A stretch of DNA of 64,000 bases from Eledone cirrhosa (taxonomy: Eukaryota). Each line of letters opens with the position of its first letter. The stretch's first letter is position 1. Positions 24,990 to 40,600 of this stretch are shown piece after piece. The translations under genes and the position numbers were made by a program. The stretch is taken from the NCBI GenBank assembly GCA_964016885.1, contig OZ024742.1, forward strand, positions 204,476,001-204,540,000, written 5' to 3'. The notes under the pieces were generated by a model, which did no database searches, was not told the origin of the DNA, and saw only the letters and a list, made by a program, of their open reading frames with translations.

Positions 24990-27900
24990 TGTAATGACTG
25001 TTATGTATTGGTGTACTGTCACTGACTGGTGTAATGACTGTTATGTATTGGTGTACTGTCACTGACTGGTGTAATGACTGTTATGTATTGGTGTACTGTC
25101 ACTGACTGGTGTAATAACTGTTATGTATTGGTGTACTGTCACTGACTGGTGTAATGACTGTTATATATTGGTGTACTGTCTCTGGTGTAATGACTGTTAT
25201 GTATTGGTGTACTGTCACTGACTGGTGTAATGACTGTTATATATTGGTGTACTGTCACTGGTGTAATGACTGTTATGTATTGGTGTTCTGTCACTGTTGT
25301 AATGACTGTTATGTATTGGTGTACTGTCTCTGACTGGTGTAATGACTGTTATGTACTGGTGTACTGTCACTGACTGATGTAATGACTGTTATGTATTGGT
25401 GTACTGTCACTGACTGGTGTAATGACTGTTATGTATTGGTGTACTGTCACTGGTGTAATGACTGTTATGTATTGGTGTACTGTCACTGTCTGGAGTAATG
25501 ACTGTTATGTATTGGTGTACTGTCACTGACTGGTGTAATGACTGTTATGTATTGGTGTACTGTCTCTGGTGTAATGACTGTTATGTATTGGTGTACTGTC
25601 ACTGGTGTAATGACTGTTATGTATTGGTGTACTGTCACTGACTGGTGTAATGACTGTTATGTATTGGTGTACTGTCACTGACTGGTGTAATGTCTTTTAT
25701 TTATTGGTGTACTGTCACTGACTGATGTAATTACTGTTATGTATTGGTGTACTGTCACTGGTGTAATGAATGTTATGTATTGGTGTACTGTCACTGACTG
25801 GTGTAATGACTGTTATGTATTGGTGTACTGTCACTGACTGGTGTAATGACTGTTATGTATTGGTGTACTGTCTCTGGTGTAATGACTGTTATGTATTGGT
25901 GTACTGTCACTGGTGTAATGACTGTTATGTATTGGTGTACCGTCACTGGTGTAATGACTGTTATGTATTGGTGTACTGTCACTGACTGGTGTAATGACTG
26001 TTATTTATTGGTGTACTGTCACTGACTGATGTAATGACTGTTGTGTATTGGTGTACTGTCTCTGGTGTAATGACTGTTATATAATGGTGTACTGTCTTTG
26101 GTGTAATGACTGTTATGTATTGGGTACTGTCACTGGTGTAATGACTGTTATGTATTGGTGTACTGTCACTGGTGTAATGACTGTTATGTATTGGTATACT
26201 GTCACTGGTGTAATGACTGTTATGTATTGGTGTACTGTCACTGACTGGTGTAATGACTGTTATGTATTGGTGTACTGTCACTGGCTGGTGTAATGACTGT
26301 TATATATTGGTGTACTGTCACTGGTGTAATGACTGTTATGTATTGGTGTACTGTCACTGGTTTAATGACTGTTATGTATTGGTGTACTGTCACTGGTGTA
26401 ATGACTGTTATGTATTGGTGTACTGTCACTGACTGGTGTAATGACTGTTATGTATTGGTGTACTGTCACTGGTGTAATGACTGTTATGTATTGGTATACT
26501 GTCACTGGTGTAATGACTGTTATGTATTGGTGTACTGTCACTGACTGGTGTAATGACTGTTATGTATTGGTGTACTGTCACTGGCTGGTGTAATGACTGT
26601 TATATATTGGTGTACTGTCACTGGTGTAATGACTGTTATGTTTTGGTGTACTGTCTCTGGTGTAATGACTGTTATATATTGGTGTACTGTCACTGGTGTA
26701 ATGACTGTTATGTATTGGTGTACTGTCACTGGTGTAATGACTGTTATGTATTGGTGTACTGTCACGGACTGGTGTAATGACTGTTATGTATTGGTGTACT
26801 GTCTCTGGTTTAATGACTGTTATATATTGGTGTACTGTCTCTGGTGTAATGACTGTGATGTATTGGTGTACTGTCACTGACTGGTGTAATGACTGTTATA
26901 TATTGGTGTACTGTCACTGACTAGTGTAGTGACTGTTATGTATTGGTGTGCTGTCTCTGACTGGTGTAATGACTGTTATGTATTGGTGTACTGTCACTGA
27001 CTGGTGTAATGACTGTTATGTATTGGTGTACTGTCACTGACTGGTGTAATGACTGTTATGTATTGGTGTACTGTCACTGACTGGTGTAATGACTGTTATG
27101 TATTGGTGTACTGTCACTGACTGGTGTAATGACTGTTATGTATTGGTGTACTGTCACTGACTGGTGTAATGACTGTTATGTATTGGTGTACTGTCACTGG
27201 TGTAATGACTGTTATGTATTGGTGTTCTGTCACTGGTGTAATGACTGTTATGTATTGGTGTACTGTCACTGACTGGTGTAATGATTGTTATGTATTGGTG
27301 TACTGTCACTGACTGGTGTAATGACTGTTATGTATTGGTGTACTGTCACTGACTGGTGTAATGACTGTTATGTATTGGTGTACTGTCACTGACTGGTGTA
27401 ATGACTGTTATGTATTGGTGTACTGTCACTGGTGTAATGACTGTTATGTATTGGTGTACTGTCACTGGTGTAATGACTGTTATGTATTGGTGTACTGTCA
27501 CCGACTCATGTAATGACTGTTATGTATTGGTGTACTGTCACTGACTGGTGTAATGACTGTTATGTATTGGTGTACTGTCACTGACTGGTGTAATGACTGT
27601 TATATATTGGTGTACTGTCACTGGTGTAATGACTGTTATGTATTGGTGTACTGTCACTGGTTTAATGACTGTTATGTATTGGTGTACTGTCACTGGTGTA
27701 ATGACTGTTATGTATTGGTGTACTGTCACTGACTGGTGTAATGACTGTTATGTATTAGTGTACTGTCACTGGTGTAATAACTGTTATGTTTTGGTGTACT
27801 GTCTCTGGTGTAATGACTGTTATATATTGGTGTACTGTCACTGACTGGCGTAACGACTGTTATATATTGGTGTACTGTCACTGACTGGTGTAATGACAGT

Positions 27901-30900
27901 TATGTATTGGTGTACTGTCTCTGGTGTAATGACTGTTATGTATTGGTGTACTGTCACTGGTGTAATGACTGTTATGTATTGGTGTACTTTCACTGGTGTA
28001 ATGGCTGTTATGTATTGGTGTACTGTCACTGGTGTAATGAGTGTTATGTATTGGTGTACTGTCACTGACTGTTGTAATGACTGTTATGTATTGGTGTACT
28101 GTCTCTGGTGTAATGACTGTTATGTATTGGTGTACTGTCTCTGGTGTAATGACTGTGATGTATTGGTGTACTGTCACTGACTGGTGTAATGACTGTTATA
28201 TATTGGTGTACCGTCACTGGTGTAATGACTGTTATGTATTGGTGTACTGTCTCTGGTGTAATGACTGTTATGTATTGGTGTACTGTCACTGACTGGTGTA
28301 ATGACTGTTATGTATTGGTGTACTGTCACTGACTGGTGTAATGTCTGTTATTTATTGGTGTACTGTCACTGACTGATGTAATTACTGTTATGTATTGGTG
28401 TACTGTCACTGGTGTAATGACTGTTATGTATTGGTGTACTGTCACTGACTGGTGTAATGACTGTTATGTATTGGTGTACTGTCACTGACTGGTGTAATGA
28501 CTGTTATGTATTGGTGTACTGTCTCTGGTGTAATGACTGTTATGTATTGGTGTACTGTCACTGGTGTAATGACTGTTATGTATTGGTGTACTGTCACTGG
28601 TGTAATGACTGTTATGTATTGGTGTACTGTCACTGACTGATGTAATGACTGTTGTGTATTGGTGTACTGTCTCTGGTGTAATGACTGTTATATAATGGTG
28701 TACTGTCTCTGGTGTAATGACTGTTATGTATTGGTGTACTGTCACTGGTGTAATGACTGTTATGTATTGGTGTACTGTCACTGGTGTAATGACTGTTATG
28801 CATTGGTATACTGTCACTGGTGTAATGACTGTTATGTATTGGTGTACTGTCACTGACTGGTGTAATGACTGTTATGTATTGGTGTACTGTCACTGGCTGG
28901 TGTAATGACTGTTATATATTGGTGTACTGTCACTGGTGTAATGACTGTTATGTATTGGTGTACTCTCACTGGTTTAATGACTGTTATGTATTGGTGTACT
29001 GTCACTGGTGTAATGACTGTTATGTATTGGTGTACTGTCACTGACTGGTTTAATGACTGTTATGTATTGGTGTACTGTCACTGGTGTAATGACTGTTATG
29101 TTTTGGTGTACTGTCTCTGGTGTAATGACTGTTATGTATTGGTGTACTGTCACGGACTGGTGTAATGACTGTTATGTATTGGTGTACTGTCTCTGGTTTA
29201 ATGACTGTTATATATTGGTGTACTGTCTCTGGTGTAATGACTGTGATGTATTGGTGTACTGTCACTGACTGGTGTAATGACTGTTATATATTGGTGTACT
29301 GTCACTGACTGGTGTAATGACTGTTATGTATTGGTGTACTGTCACTGACTGGTGTAATGACTGTTATGTATTGGTGTACTGTCACTGACTGGTGTAATGA
29401 CTGTTATGTATTGCTGTACTGTCACTGACTGGTGTAATGACTGTTATGTATTGGTGTACTGTCACTGGTGTAATGACTGTTATGTATTGGTGTTCTGTCA
29501 CTGGTGTAATGACTGTTATGTATTGGTGTACTGTCACTGACTGGTGTAATGACTGTTATGTATTGGTGTACTGTCACTGACTGGTGTAATGACTGTTATG
29601 TATTGGTGTACTGTCACTGACTGGTGTAATGACTGTTATGTATTGGTGTACTGTCACTGACTGGTGTAATGACTGTTATGTATTGGTGTACTGTCACTGG
29701 TGTAATGACTGTTATGTATTGTTGTTCTGTCACTGGTGTAATGACTGTTATGTATTGGTGTACTGTCACTGACTGGTGTAATGACTGTTATGTATTGGTG
29801 TACTGTCACTGACTGGTGTAATGACTGTTATGTATTGGTGTACTGTCACTGACTGGTGTAATGACTGTTATGTATTGGTGTACTGTCACTGACTGGTGTA
29901 ATAACTGTTATGTATTGGTGTACTGTCACTGACTGGTGTAATGACTGTTATATATTGGTGTACTGTCTCTGGTGTAATGACTGTTATGTATTGGTGTACT
30001 GTCACTGACTGGTGTAATGACTGTTATATATTGGTGTACTGTCACTGGTGTAATGACTGTTATGTATTGGTGTTCTGTCACTGTTGTAATGACTGTTATG
30101 TATTGGTGTACTGTCTCTGACTGGTGTAATGACTGTTATGTACTGGTGTACTGTCACTGACTGATGTAATGACTGTTATGTATTGGTGTACTGTCACTGA
30201 CTGGTGTAATGACTGTTATGTATTGGTGTACTGTCACTGGTGTAATGACTGTTATGTATTGGTGTACTGTCACTGTCTGGAGTAATGACTGTTATGTATT
30301 GGTGTACTGTCACTGACTGGTGTAATGACTGTTATGTATTGGTGTACTGTCTCTGGTGTAATGACTGTTATGTATTGGTGTACTGTCACTGGTGTAATGA
30401 CTGTTATGTATTGGTGTACTGTCACTGACTGGTGTAATGACTGTTATGTATTGGTGTACTGTCACTGACTGGTGTAATGTCTTTTATTTATTGGTGTACT
30501 GTCACTGACTGATGTAATTACTGTTATGTATTGGTGTACTGTCACTGGTGTAATGAATGTTATGTATTGGTGTACTGTCACTGACTGGTGTAATGACTGT
30601 TATGTATTGGTGTACTGTCACTGACTGGTGTAATGACTGTTATGTATTGGTGTACTGTCTCTGGTGTAATGACTGTTATGTATTGGTGTACTGTCACTGG
30701 TGTAATGACTGTTATGTATTGGTGTACTGTCACTGGTGTAATGACTGTTATGTATTGGTGTACTGTCACTGACTGGTGTAATGACTGTTATTTATTGGTG
30801 TACTGTCACTGACTGATGTAATGACTGTTGTGTATTGGTGTACTGTCTCTGGTGTAATGACTGTTATATAATGGTGTACTGTCTTTGGTGTAATGACTGT

Positions 30901-33900
30901 TATGTATTGGGTACTGTCACTGGTGTAATGACTGTTATGTATTGGTGTACTGTCACTGGTGTAATGACTGTTATGTATTGGTATACTGTCACTGGTGTAA
31001 TGACTGTTATGTATTGGTGTACTGTCACTGACTGGTGTAATGACTGTTATGTATTGGTGTACTGTCACTGGCTGGTGTAATGACTGTTATATATTGGTGT
31101 ACTGTCACTGGTGTAATGACTGTTATGTATTGGTGTACTGTCACTGGTTTAATGACTGTTATGTATTGGTGTACTGTCACTGGTGTAATGACTGTTATGT
31201 ATTGGTGTACTGTCACTGACTGGTGTAATGACTGTTATGTATTGGTGTACTGTCACTGGTGTAATGACTGTTATGTATTGGTATACTGTCACTGGTGTAA
31301 TGACTGTTATGTATTGGTGTACTGTCACTGACTGGTGTAATGACTGTTATGTATTGGTGTACTGTCACTGGCTGGTGTAATGACTGTTATATATTGGTGT
31401 ACTGTCACTGGTGTAATGACTGTTATGTTTTGGTGTACTGTCTCTGGTGTAATGACTGTTATATATTGGTGTACTGTCACTGGTGTAATGACTGTTATGT
31501 ATTGGTGTACTGTCACTGGTGTAATGACTGTTATGTATTGGTGTACTGTCACGGACTGGTGTAATGACTGTTATGTATTGGTGTACTGTCTCTGGTTTAA
31601 TGACTGTTATATATTGGTGTACTGTCTCTGGTGTAATGACTGTGATGTATTGGTGTACTGTCACTGACTGGTGTAATGACTGTTATATATTGGTGTACTG
31701 TCACTGACTAGTGTAGTGACTGTTATGTATTGGTGTGCTGTCTCTGACTGGTGTAATGACTGTTATGTATTGGTGTACTGTCACTGACTGGTGTAATGAC
31801 TGTTATGTATTGGTGTACTGTCACTGACTGGTGTAATGACTGTTATGTATTGGTGTACTGTCACTGACTGGTGTAATGACTGTTATGTATTGGTGTACTG
31901 TCACTGACTGGTGTAATGACTGTTATGTATTGGTGTACTGTCACTGACTGGTGTAATGACTGTTATGTATTGGTGTACTGTCACTGGTGTAATGACTGTT
32001 ATGTATTGGTGTTCTGTCACTGGTGTAATGACTGTTATGTATTGGTGTACTGTCACTGACTGGTGTAATGATTGTTATGTATTGGTGTACTGTCACTGAC
32101 TGGTGTAATGACTGTTATGTATTGGTGTACTGTCACTGACTGGTGTAATGACTGTTATGTATTGGTGTACTGTCACTGACTGGTGTAATGACTGTTATGT
32201 ATTGGTGTACTGTCACTGGTGTAATGACTGTTATGTATTGGTGTACTGTCACTGGTGTAATGACTGTTATGTATTGGTGTACTGTCACCGACTCATGTAA
32301 TGACTGTTATGTATTGGTGTACTGTCACTGACTGGTGTAATGACTGTTATGTATTGGTGTACTGTCACTGACTGGTGTAATGACTGTTATATATTGGTGT
32401 ACTGTCACTGGTGTAATGACTGTTATGTATTGGTGTACTGTCACTGGTTTAATGACTGTTATGTATTGGTGTACTGTCACTGGTGTAATGACTGTTATGT
32501 ATTGGTGTACTGTCACTGACTGGTGTAATGACTGTTATGTATTAGTGTACTGTCACTGGTGTAATAACTGTTATGTTTTGGTGTACTGTCTCTGGTGTAA
32601 TGACTGTTATATATTGGTGTACTGTCACTGACTGGCGTAACGACTGTTATATATTGGTGTACTGTCACTGACTGGTGTAATGACAGTTATGTATTGGTGT
32701 ACTGTCTCTGGTGTAATGACTGTTATGTATTGGTGTACTGTCACTGGTGTAATGACTGTTATGTATTGGTGTACTTTCACTGGTGTAATGGCTGTTATGT
32801 ATTGGTGTACTGTCACTGGTGTAATGAGTGTTATGTATTGGTGTACTGTCACTGACTGTTGTAATGACTGTTATGTATTGGTGTACTGTCTCTGGTGTAA
32901 TGACTGTTATGTATTGGTGTACTGTCTCTGGTGTAATGACTGTGATGTATTGGTGTACTGTCACTGACTGGTGTAATGACTGTTATATATTGGTGTACCG
33001 TCACTGGTGTAATGACTGTTATGTATTGGTGTACTGTCTCTGGTGTAATGACTGTTATGTATTGGTGTACTGTCACTGACTGGTGTAATGACTGTTATGT
33101 ATTGGTGTACTGTCACTGACTGGTGTAATGTCTGTTATTTATTGGTGTACTGTCACTGACTGATGTAATTACTGTTATGTATTGGTGTACTGTCACTGGT
33201 GTAATGACTGTTATGTATTGGTGTACTGTCACTGACTGGTGTAATGACTGTTATGTATTGGTGTACTGTCACTGACTGGTGTAATGACTGTTATGTATTG
33301 GTGTACTGTCTCTGGTGTAATGACTGTTATGTATTGGTGTACTGTCACTGGTGTAATGACTGTTATGTATTGGTGTACTGTCACTGGTGTAATGACTGTT
33401 ATGTATTGGTGTACTGTCACTGACTGATGTAATGACTGTTGTGTATTGGTGTACTGTCTCTGGTGTAATGACTGTTATATAATGGTGTACTGTCTCTGGT
33501 GTAATGACTGTTATGTATTGGTGTACTGTCACTGGTGTAATGACTGTTATGTATTGGTGTACTGTCACTGGTGTAATGACTGTTATGCATTGGTATACTG
33601 TCACTGGTGTAATGACTGTTATGTATTGGTGTACTGTCACTGACTGGTGTAATGACTGTTATGTATTGGTGTACTGTCACTGGCTGGTGTAATGACTGTT
33701 ATATATTGGTGTACTGTCACTGGTGTAATGACTGTTATGTATTGGTGTACTCTCACTGGTTTAATGACTGTTATGTATTGGTGTACTGTCACTGGTGTAA
33801 TGACTGTTATGTATTGGTGTACTGTCACTGACTGGTTTAATGACTGTTATGTATTGGTGTACTGTCACTGGTGTAATGACTGTTATGTTTTGGTGTACTG

Positions 33901-34600
33901 TCTCTGGTGTAATGACTGTTATGTATTGGTGTACTGTCACGGACTGGTGTAATGACTGTTATGTATTGGTGTACTGTCTCTGGTTTAATGACTGTTATAT
34001 ATTGGTGTACTGTCTCTGGTGTAATGACTGTGATGTATTGGTGTACTGTCACTGACTGGTGTAATGACTGTTATATATTGGTGTACTGTCACTGACTGGT
34101 GTAATGACTGTTATGTATTGGTGTACTGTCACTGACTGGTGTAATGACTGTTATGTATTGGTGTACTGTCACTGACTGGTGTAATGACTGTTATGTATTG
34201 CTGTACTGTCACTGACTGGTGTAATGACTGTTATGTATTGGTGTACTGTCACTGGTGTAATGACTGTTATGTATTGGTGTTCTGTCACTGGTGTAATGAC
34301 TGTTATGTATTGGTGTACTGTCACTGACTGGTGTAATGACTGTTATGTATTGGTGTACTGTCACTGACTGGTGTAATGACTGTTATGTATTGGTGTACTG
34401 TCACTGACTGGTGTAATGACTGTTATGTATTGGTGTACTGTCACTGACTGGTGTAATGACTGTTATGTATTGGTGTACTGTCACTGGTGTAATGACTGTT
34501 ATGTATTGTTGTTCTGTCACTGGTGTAATGACTGTTATGTATTGGTGTACTGTCACTGACTGGTGTAATGACTGTTATGTATTGGTGTACTGTCACTGAC
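24990..34600 (+). repeat. Direct tandem duplication of a 4787-bp block (~25.0-29.8 kb and ~29.8-34.6 kb)
   Basis: ORF pairs 25770/30557, 26538/31325, 27838/32625 and 29053/33840 are all offset by 4787. Both share gtaataactg (25111/29898), gtctggagtaa, and the 1-bp deletion tattgggtact (~26118/30905), which accounts for 4787 = 4788 - 1. Confidence 0.95.
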
Positions 34601-37600
34601 TGGTGTAATGACTGTTATGTATTGGTGTACTGTCACTGACTGGTGTAATGACTGTTATGTATTGGTGTACCGTCTCTGGTGTAATGACTGTTATGTATTG
34701 GTGTACTGTCACTGACTGGTGTAATGACTGTTATATATTGGTGTACTGTCACTGGTGTAATGACTGTTATGTATTGGTGTACTGTCACTGGTTTAATGAC
34801 TGTTATGTATTGGTGTACTGTCACTGGTGTAATGACTGTTATGTATTGGTGTACTGTCACTGACTGGTGTAATGACTGTTATGTATTAGTGTACTGTCAC
34901 TGGTGTAATAACTGTTATGTTTTGGTGTACTGTCTCTGGTGTAATGACTGTTATATATTGGTGTACTGTCACTGACTGGCGTAACGACTGTTATATATTG
35001 GTGTACTGTCACTGACTGGTGTAATGACAGTTATGTATTGGTGTACTGTCTCTGGTGTAATGGCTGTTATGTATTGGTGTACTGTCACTGGTGTAATGAC
35101 TGCTATGTATTGGTGTACTTTCACTGGTGTAATGACTGTTATGTATTGGTGTACTGTCACTGGTGTAATGAGTGTTATGTATCGGTGTACTGTCACTGAC
35201 TGTTGTAATGACTGTTATGTATTGGTGTACTGTCTCTGGTGTAATGACTGTTATGTATTGGTGTACTGTCTCTGGTGTAATGACTGTGATGTATTGGTGT
35301 ACTGTCACTGACTGGTGTAATGACTGTTATATATTGGTGTACCGTCACTGGTGTAATGACTGTTCTGTATTGGTGTACTGTCTCTGGTGTAATGACTGTT
35401 ATGTATTGGTGTACTGTCACTGACTGGTGTAATGACTGTTATGTATTGGTGTACTGTCACTGACTGGTGTAATGACTGTTATGTATTGGTGTACTGTCAC
35501 TGACTGGTGTAATGACTGTTATGTATTGGTGTACTGTCACTGACTGGTGTAATGACTGTTATATATTGGTGTACTGTCTCTGGTGTAATGACTGTTATGT
35601 ATTGGTGTACTGTCTCTGGTGTAATGACTGTTATATATTGGTGTACTGTCTCTGGTGTAATGACTGTTACGTTTTGGTGTACTGTCACTGGTGTAATGAC
35701 TGTTATGTGTTGGTGTACTGTCACTGGTGTAATGACTGGTATGTATTGGTGTACTGTCACTGACTGGTGTAATGACTGTTATGTATTGGTGTACTGTCAC
35801 TGGTGTAATGACTGTTATGTATTGGTGTACTGTCACTGGTGTAGTGACTGTTATGCATTGGTGTACTGTCACTGACTGGTGCAATGACTGTTATGTATTG
35901 GTGTACTGTCACTGGTGTAATGACTGTTATGTATTGGTGTACTGTCACTGACTGGTGTAATGACTGTTATGTATTGGTGTACTGTCACTGACTGGTGTAA
36001 TAACTGTTATGTATTGGTGTACTGTCACTGGTGTAATGACTGTTATGTTTTGGTGTACTGTCTCTGGTGTAATGACTGTTATGTATTGGTGTACTGTCAC
36101 GGACTGGTGTAATGACTGTTATGTATTGGTGTACTGTCTCTGGTTTAATGACTGTTATATATTGGTGTACTGTCTCTGGTGTAATGACTGTGATGTATTG
36201 GTGTACTGTCACTGACTGGTGTAATGACTGTTATATATTGGTGTACTGTCACTGACTGGTGTAATGACTGTTATGTATTGGTGTACTGTCACTGACTGGT
36301 GTAATGACTGTTATGTATTGGTGTACTGTCACTGACTGGTGTAATGACTGTTATGTATTGGTGTACTGTCACTGACTGGTGTAATGACTGTTATGTATTG
36401 GTGTACTGTCACTGGTGTAATGACTGTTATGTATTGGTGTTCTGTCACTGGTGTAATGACTGTTATGTATTGGTGTACTGTCACTGACTGGTGTAATGAC
36501 TGTTATGTATTGGTGTACTGTCACTGACTGGTGTAATGACTGTTATGTATTGGTGTACTGTCACTGACTGGTGTAATGACTGTTATGTATTGGTGTACTG
36601 TCACTGGTGTAATGACTGTTATGTATTGGTGTTCTGTCACTGGTGTAATGACTGTTATGTATTGGTGTACTGTCACTGACTGGTGTAATGACTGTTATGT
36701 ATTGGTGTACTGTCACTGACTGGTGTAATGACTGTTATGTATTGGTGTACTGTCACTGACTGGTGTAATGACTGTTATGTATTGGTGTACTGTCTCTGGT
36801 GTAATGACTGTTATGTATTGGTGTACTGTCACTGGTGTAATGACTGTTATGTATTGGTGTACTGTCACTGGTGTAATGACTGTTATGTATTGGTGTACTG
36901 TCACCGACTCATGTAATGACTGTTATGTATTGGTGTACTGTCACTGACTGGTGTAATGACTGTTATGTATTGGTGTACTGTCACTGACTGGTGTAATGAC
37001 TGTTATATATTGGTGTACTGTCACTGGTGTAATGACTGTTATGTATTGGTGTACTGTCACTGGTTTAATGACTGTTATGTATTGGTGTACTGTCACTGGT
37101 GTAATGACTGTTATGTATTGGTGTACTGTCACTGACTGGTGTAATGACTGTTATGTATTAGTGTACTGTCACTGGTGTAATTATTGTTATGTTTTGGTGT
37201 ACTGTCTCTGGTGTAATGACTGTTATATATTGGTGTACTGTCACTGACTGGCGTAACGACTGTTATATATTGGTGTACTGTCACTGACTGGTGTAATGAC
37301 AGTTATGTATTGGTGTACTGTCTCTGGTGTAATGGCTGTTATGTATTGGTGTACTGTCACTGGTGTAATGACTGTTATGTATTGGTGTACTTTCACTGGT
37401 GTAATGACTGTTATGTATTGGTGTACTGTCACTGGTGTAATGAGTGTTATGTATTGGTGTACTGTCACTGACTGTTGTAATGACTGTTATGTATTGGTGT
37501 ACTGTCTCTGGTGTAATGACTGTTATGTATTGGTGTACTGTCTCTGGTGTAATGACTGTGATGAATTGGTGTACTGTCACTGACTGGTGTAATGACTGTT

Positions 37601-40600
37601 ATATATTGGTGTACCGTCACTGGTGTAATGACTGTTATGTATTGGTGTACTGTCTCTGGTGTAATGACTGTTATGTATTGGTGTACTGTCACTGACTGGT
37701 GTAATGACTGTTATGTATTGGTGTACTGTCACTGACTGGTGTAATGACTGTTATGTATTGGTGTACTGTCACTGACTGGTGTAATGGCTGTTATGTATTG
37801 GTGTACTGTCACTGACTGGTGTAATGACTGTTATATATTGGTGTACTGTCTCTGGTGTAATGACTGTTATGTATTGGTGTACTGTCTCTGGTGTAATGAC
37901 TGTTATATATTGGTGTACTGTCTCTGGTGTAATGACTGTTACGTTTTGGTGTACTGTCACTGGTGTAATGACTGTTATGTATTGGTGTACTGTCACTGGT
38001 GTAATGACTGGTATGTATTGGTGTACTGTCACTGACTGGTGTAATGACTGTTATGTATTGGTGTACTGTCACTGGTGTAATGACTGTTATGTATTGGTGT
38101 ACTGTCACTGGTGTAATGACTGTTATGCATTGGTGTACTGTCACTGACTGGTGCAATGACTGTTATGTATTGGTGTACTGTCACTGGTGTAATGACTGTT
38201 ATGTATTGGTGTACTGTCACTGGTGTAATGACTGTTATGTATTGGTGTACAGTCACTGGTGTAATGACTGTTATGTATTGGTGTACTGTCACTGGTGTAA
38301 TGACTGTTCTGTATTGGTGTACTGTCACTGACTGGTGTAATGACTGTTATGTATTGGTGTACTGTCACTGGTGTAATCACTGTTATGTATTGGTGTACTG
38401 TCTCTGGTGTAATGACTGTTATGTATTGGTGTATTGTCTCTGGTGTAATGACTGTTATGTATTGGTGTACTGTCACTGACTGGTGTAATGACTGTTATGT
38501 ATTGGTGTACTGTCACTGGTGTAATGACTGTTATGTATTGGTGTTCTGTCACTGGTGTAATGACTGTTATGTATTGGTGTACTGTCACTGACTGGTATAA
38601 TGACTGTTATGTATTGGTGTACTGTCACTGACTGGTGTAATAACTGTTATGTATTGGTGTACTGTCACTGACTGGTGTAATGACTGTTATGTATTGGTGT
38701 ACTGTCTCTGGTGTAATGACTGTTATGTATTGGTGTACTGTCACTGGTGTAATGACTGTTATGTATTGGTGTACTGTCACTGGTTTAATGACTGTTATGT
38801 ATTGGTGTACTGTCACTGGTGTAATGACTGTTATGTATTGGTGTACTGACACTGACTGGTGTAATGACTGTTATATATTGGTGTACTGTCTCTGGTGTAA
38901 TGACTGTTATGTATTGGTGTACTGTCACTGGTGTAATGACTTTTATATATTGGTGTACTGTCACTGGTGTAATGACTGTTATGTATTGGTGTACTGTCAC
39001 TGACTGGTGTTATGACTGTTATGTATTGGTGTACTGTCTCTGGTGTAATGACTGTTATATATTCGTGTACTGTCTCTGGTATAATGTCTGTTATGTTTTG
39101 GTGCACTGTCACTGGTGTAATGACTGTTATGTATTGGTGTACTGTCACTGGTGTAATGACTGTTATGTATTAGTGTACTGTCACTGGTGTAATGACTGTT
39201 ATGTATTGGTGTACTGTCACTGACTGGTGTAATGACTGTTATGTATTGGTGTACTGTCACTGGTGTAATGACTGTTATGTATTGGTGTACTGTCACTGGT
39301 GTAATTACTGTTATGCATTGGTGTACTGTCACTGACTGGTGCAATGACTGTTATGTATTGGTGTACTGTCACTGGTGTAATGACTGTTATGTATTGGTGT
39401 ACTGTCACTGGTGTAATGACTGTTATGTATTGGTTTACTGTCACTGGTGTAATGACTGTTATGTATTGGTGTACTGTCACTGGTGTAATGACTGTTCTGT
39501 ATTGGTGTACTGTCAATGACAGGTGTAATGACTGTTATGTATTGGTGTACTGTCACTGGTGTAATCACTGTTATGTATTGGTGTACTGTCTCTGGTGTAA
39601 TGACTGTCATATATTGGTGTATTGTCTCTGGTGTAATGACTGTTATGTATTGGTGTACTGTCACTGACTGGTGTAATGACTGTTATGTATTGGTGTACTG
39701 TCACTGGTGTAATGACTGTTATGTATTGGTGTTCTGTCACTGGTGTAATGACTGTTATGTATTGGTGTACTGTCACTGACTGGTGTAATGACTGTTATGT
39801 ATTGGTGTACTGTCACTGACTGGTGTAATGACTGTTATGTATTGGTGCACTGTCACTGACTGGTGTAATGACTGTTATGTATTGGTGTACTGTCTCTGGT
39901 GTAATGACTGTTATGTATTGGTGTACTGTCACTGGTGTAATGACTGTTATGTATTGGTGTACTGTCACTGGTGTAATGACTGTTATGTATTGGTATACTG
40001 TCACTGGTGTAATGACTGTTATGTATTGGTGTACTGTCACTGACTGGTGTAATGACTGTTATGTATTGGTGTACTGTCACTGGCTGGTGTAATGACTGTT
40101 ATATATTGGTGTACTGTCACTGGTGTAATGACTGTTATGTATTGGTGTACTGTCACTGGTTTAATGACTGTTATGTATTGGTGTACTGTCACTGGTGTAA
40201 TGACTGTTATGTATTGGTGTACTGTCACTGACTGGTGTAATGACTGTTATGTATTGGTGTACTGTCACTGGTGTAATGACTGTTATGTATTGGTATACTG
40301 TCACTGGTGTAATGACTGTTATGTATTGGTGTACTGTCACTGACTGGTGTAATGACTGTTATGTATTGGTGTACTGTCACTGGCTGGTGTAATGACTGTT
40401 ATATATTGGTGTACTGTCACTGGTGTAATGACTGTTATGTTTTGGTGTACTGTCTCTGGTGTAATGACTGTTATATATTGGTGTACTGTCACTGGTGTAA
40501 TGACTGTTATGTATTGGTGTACTGTCACTGGTGTAATGACTGTTATGTATTGGTGTACTGTCACGGACTGGTGTAATGACTGTTATGTATTGGTGTACTG

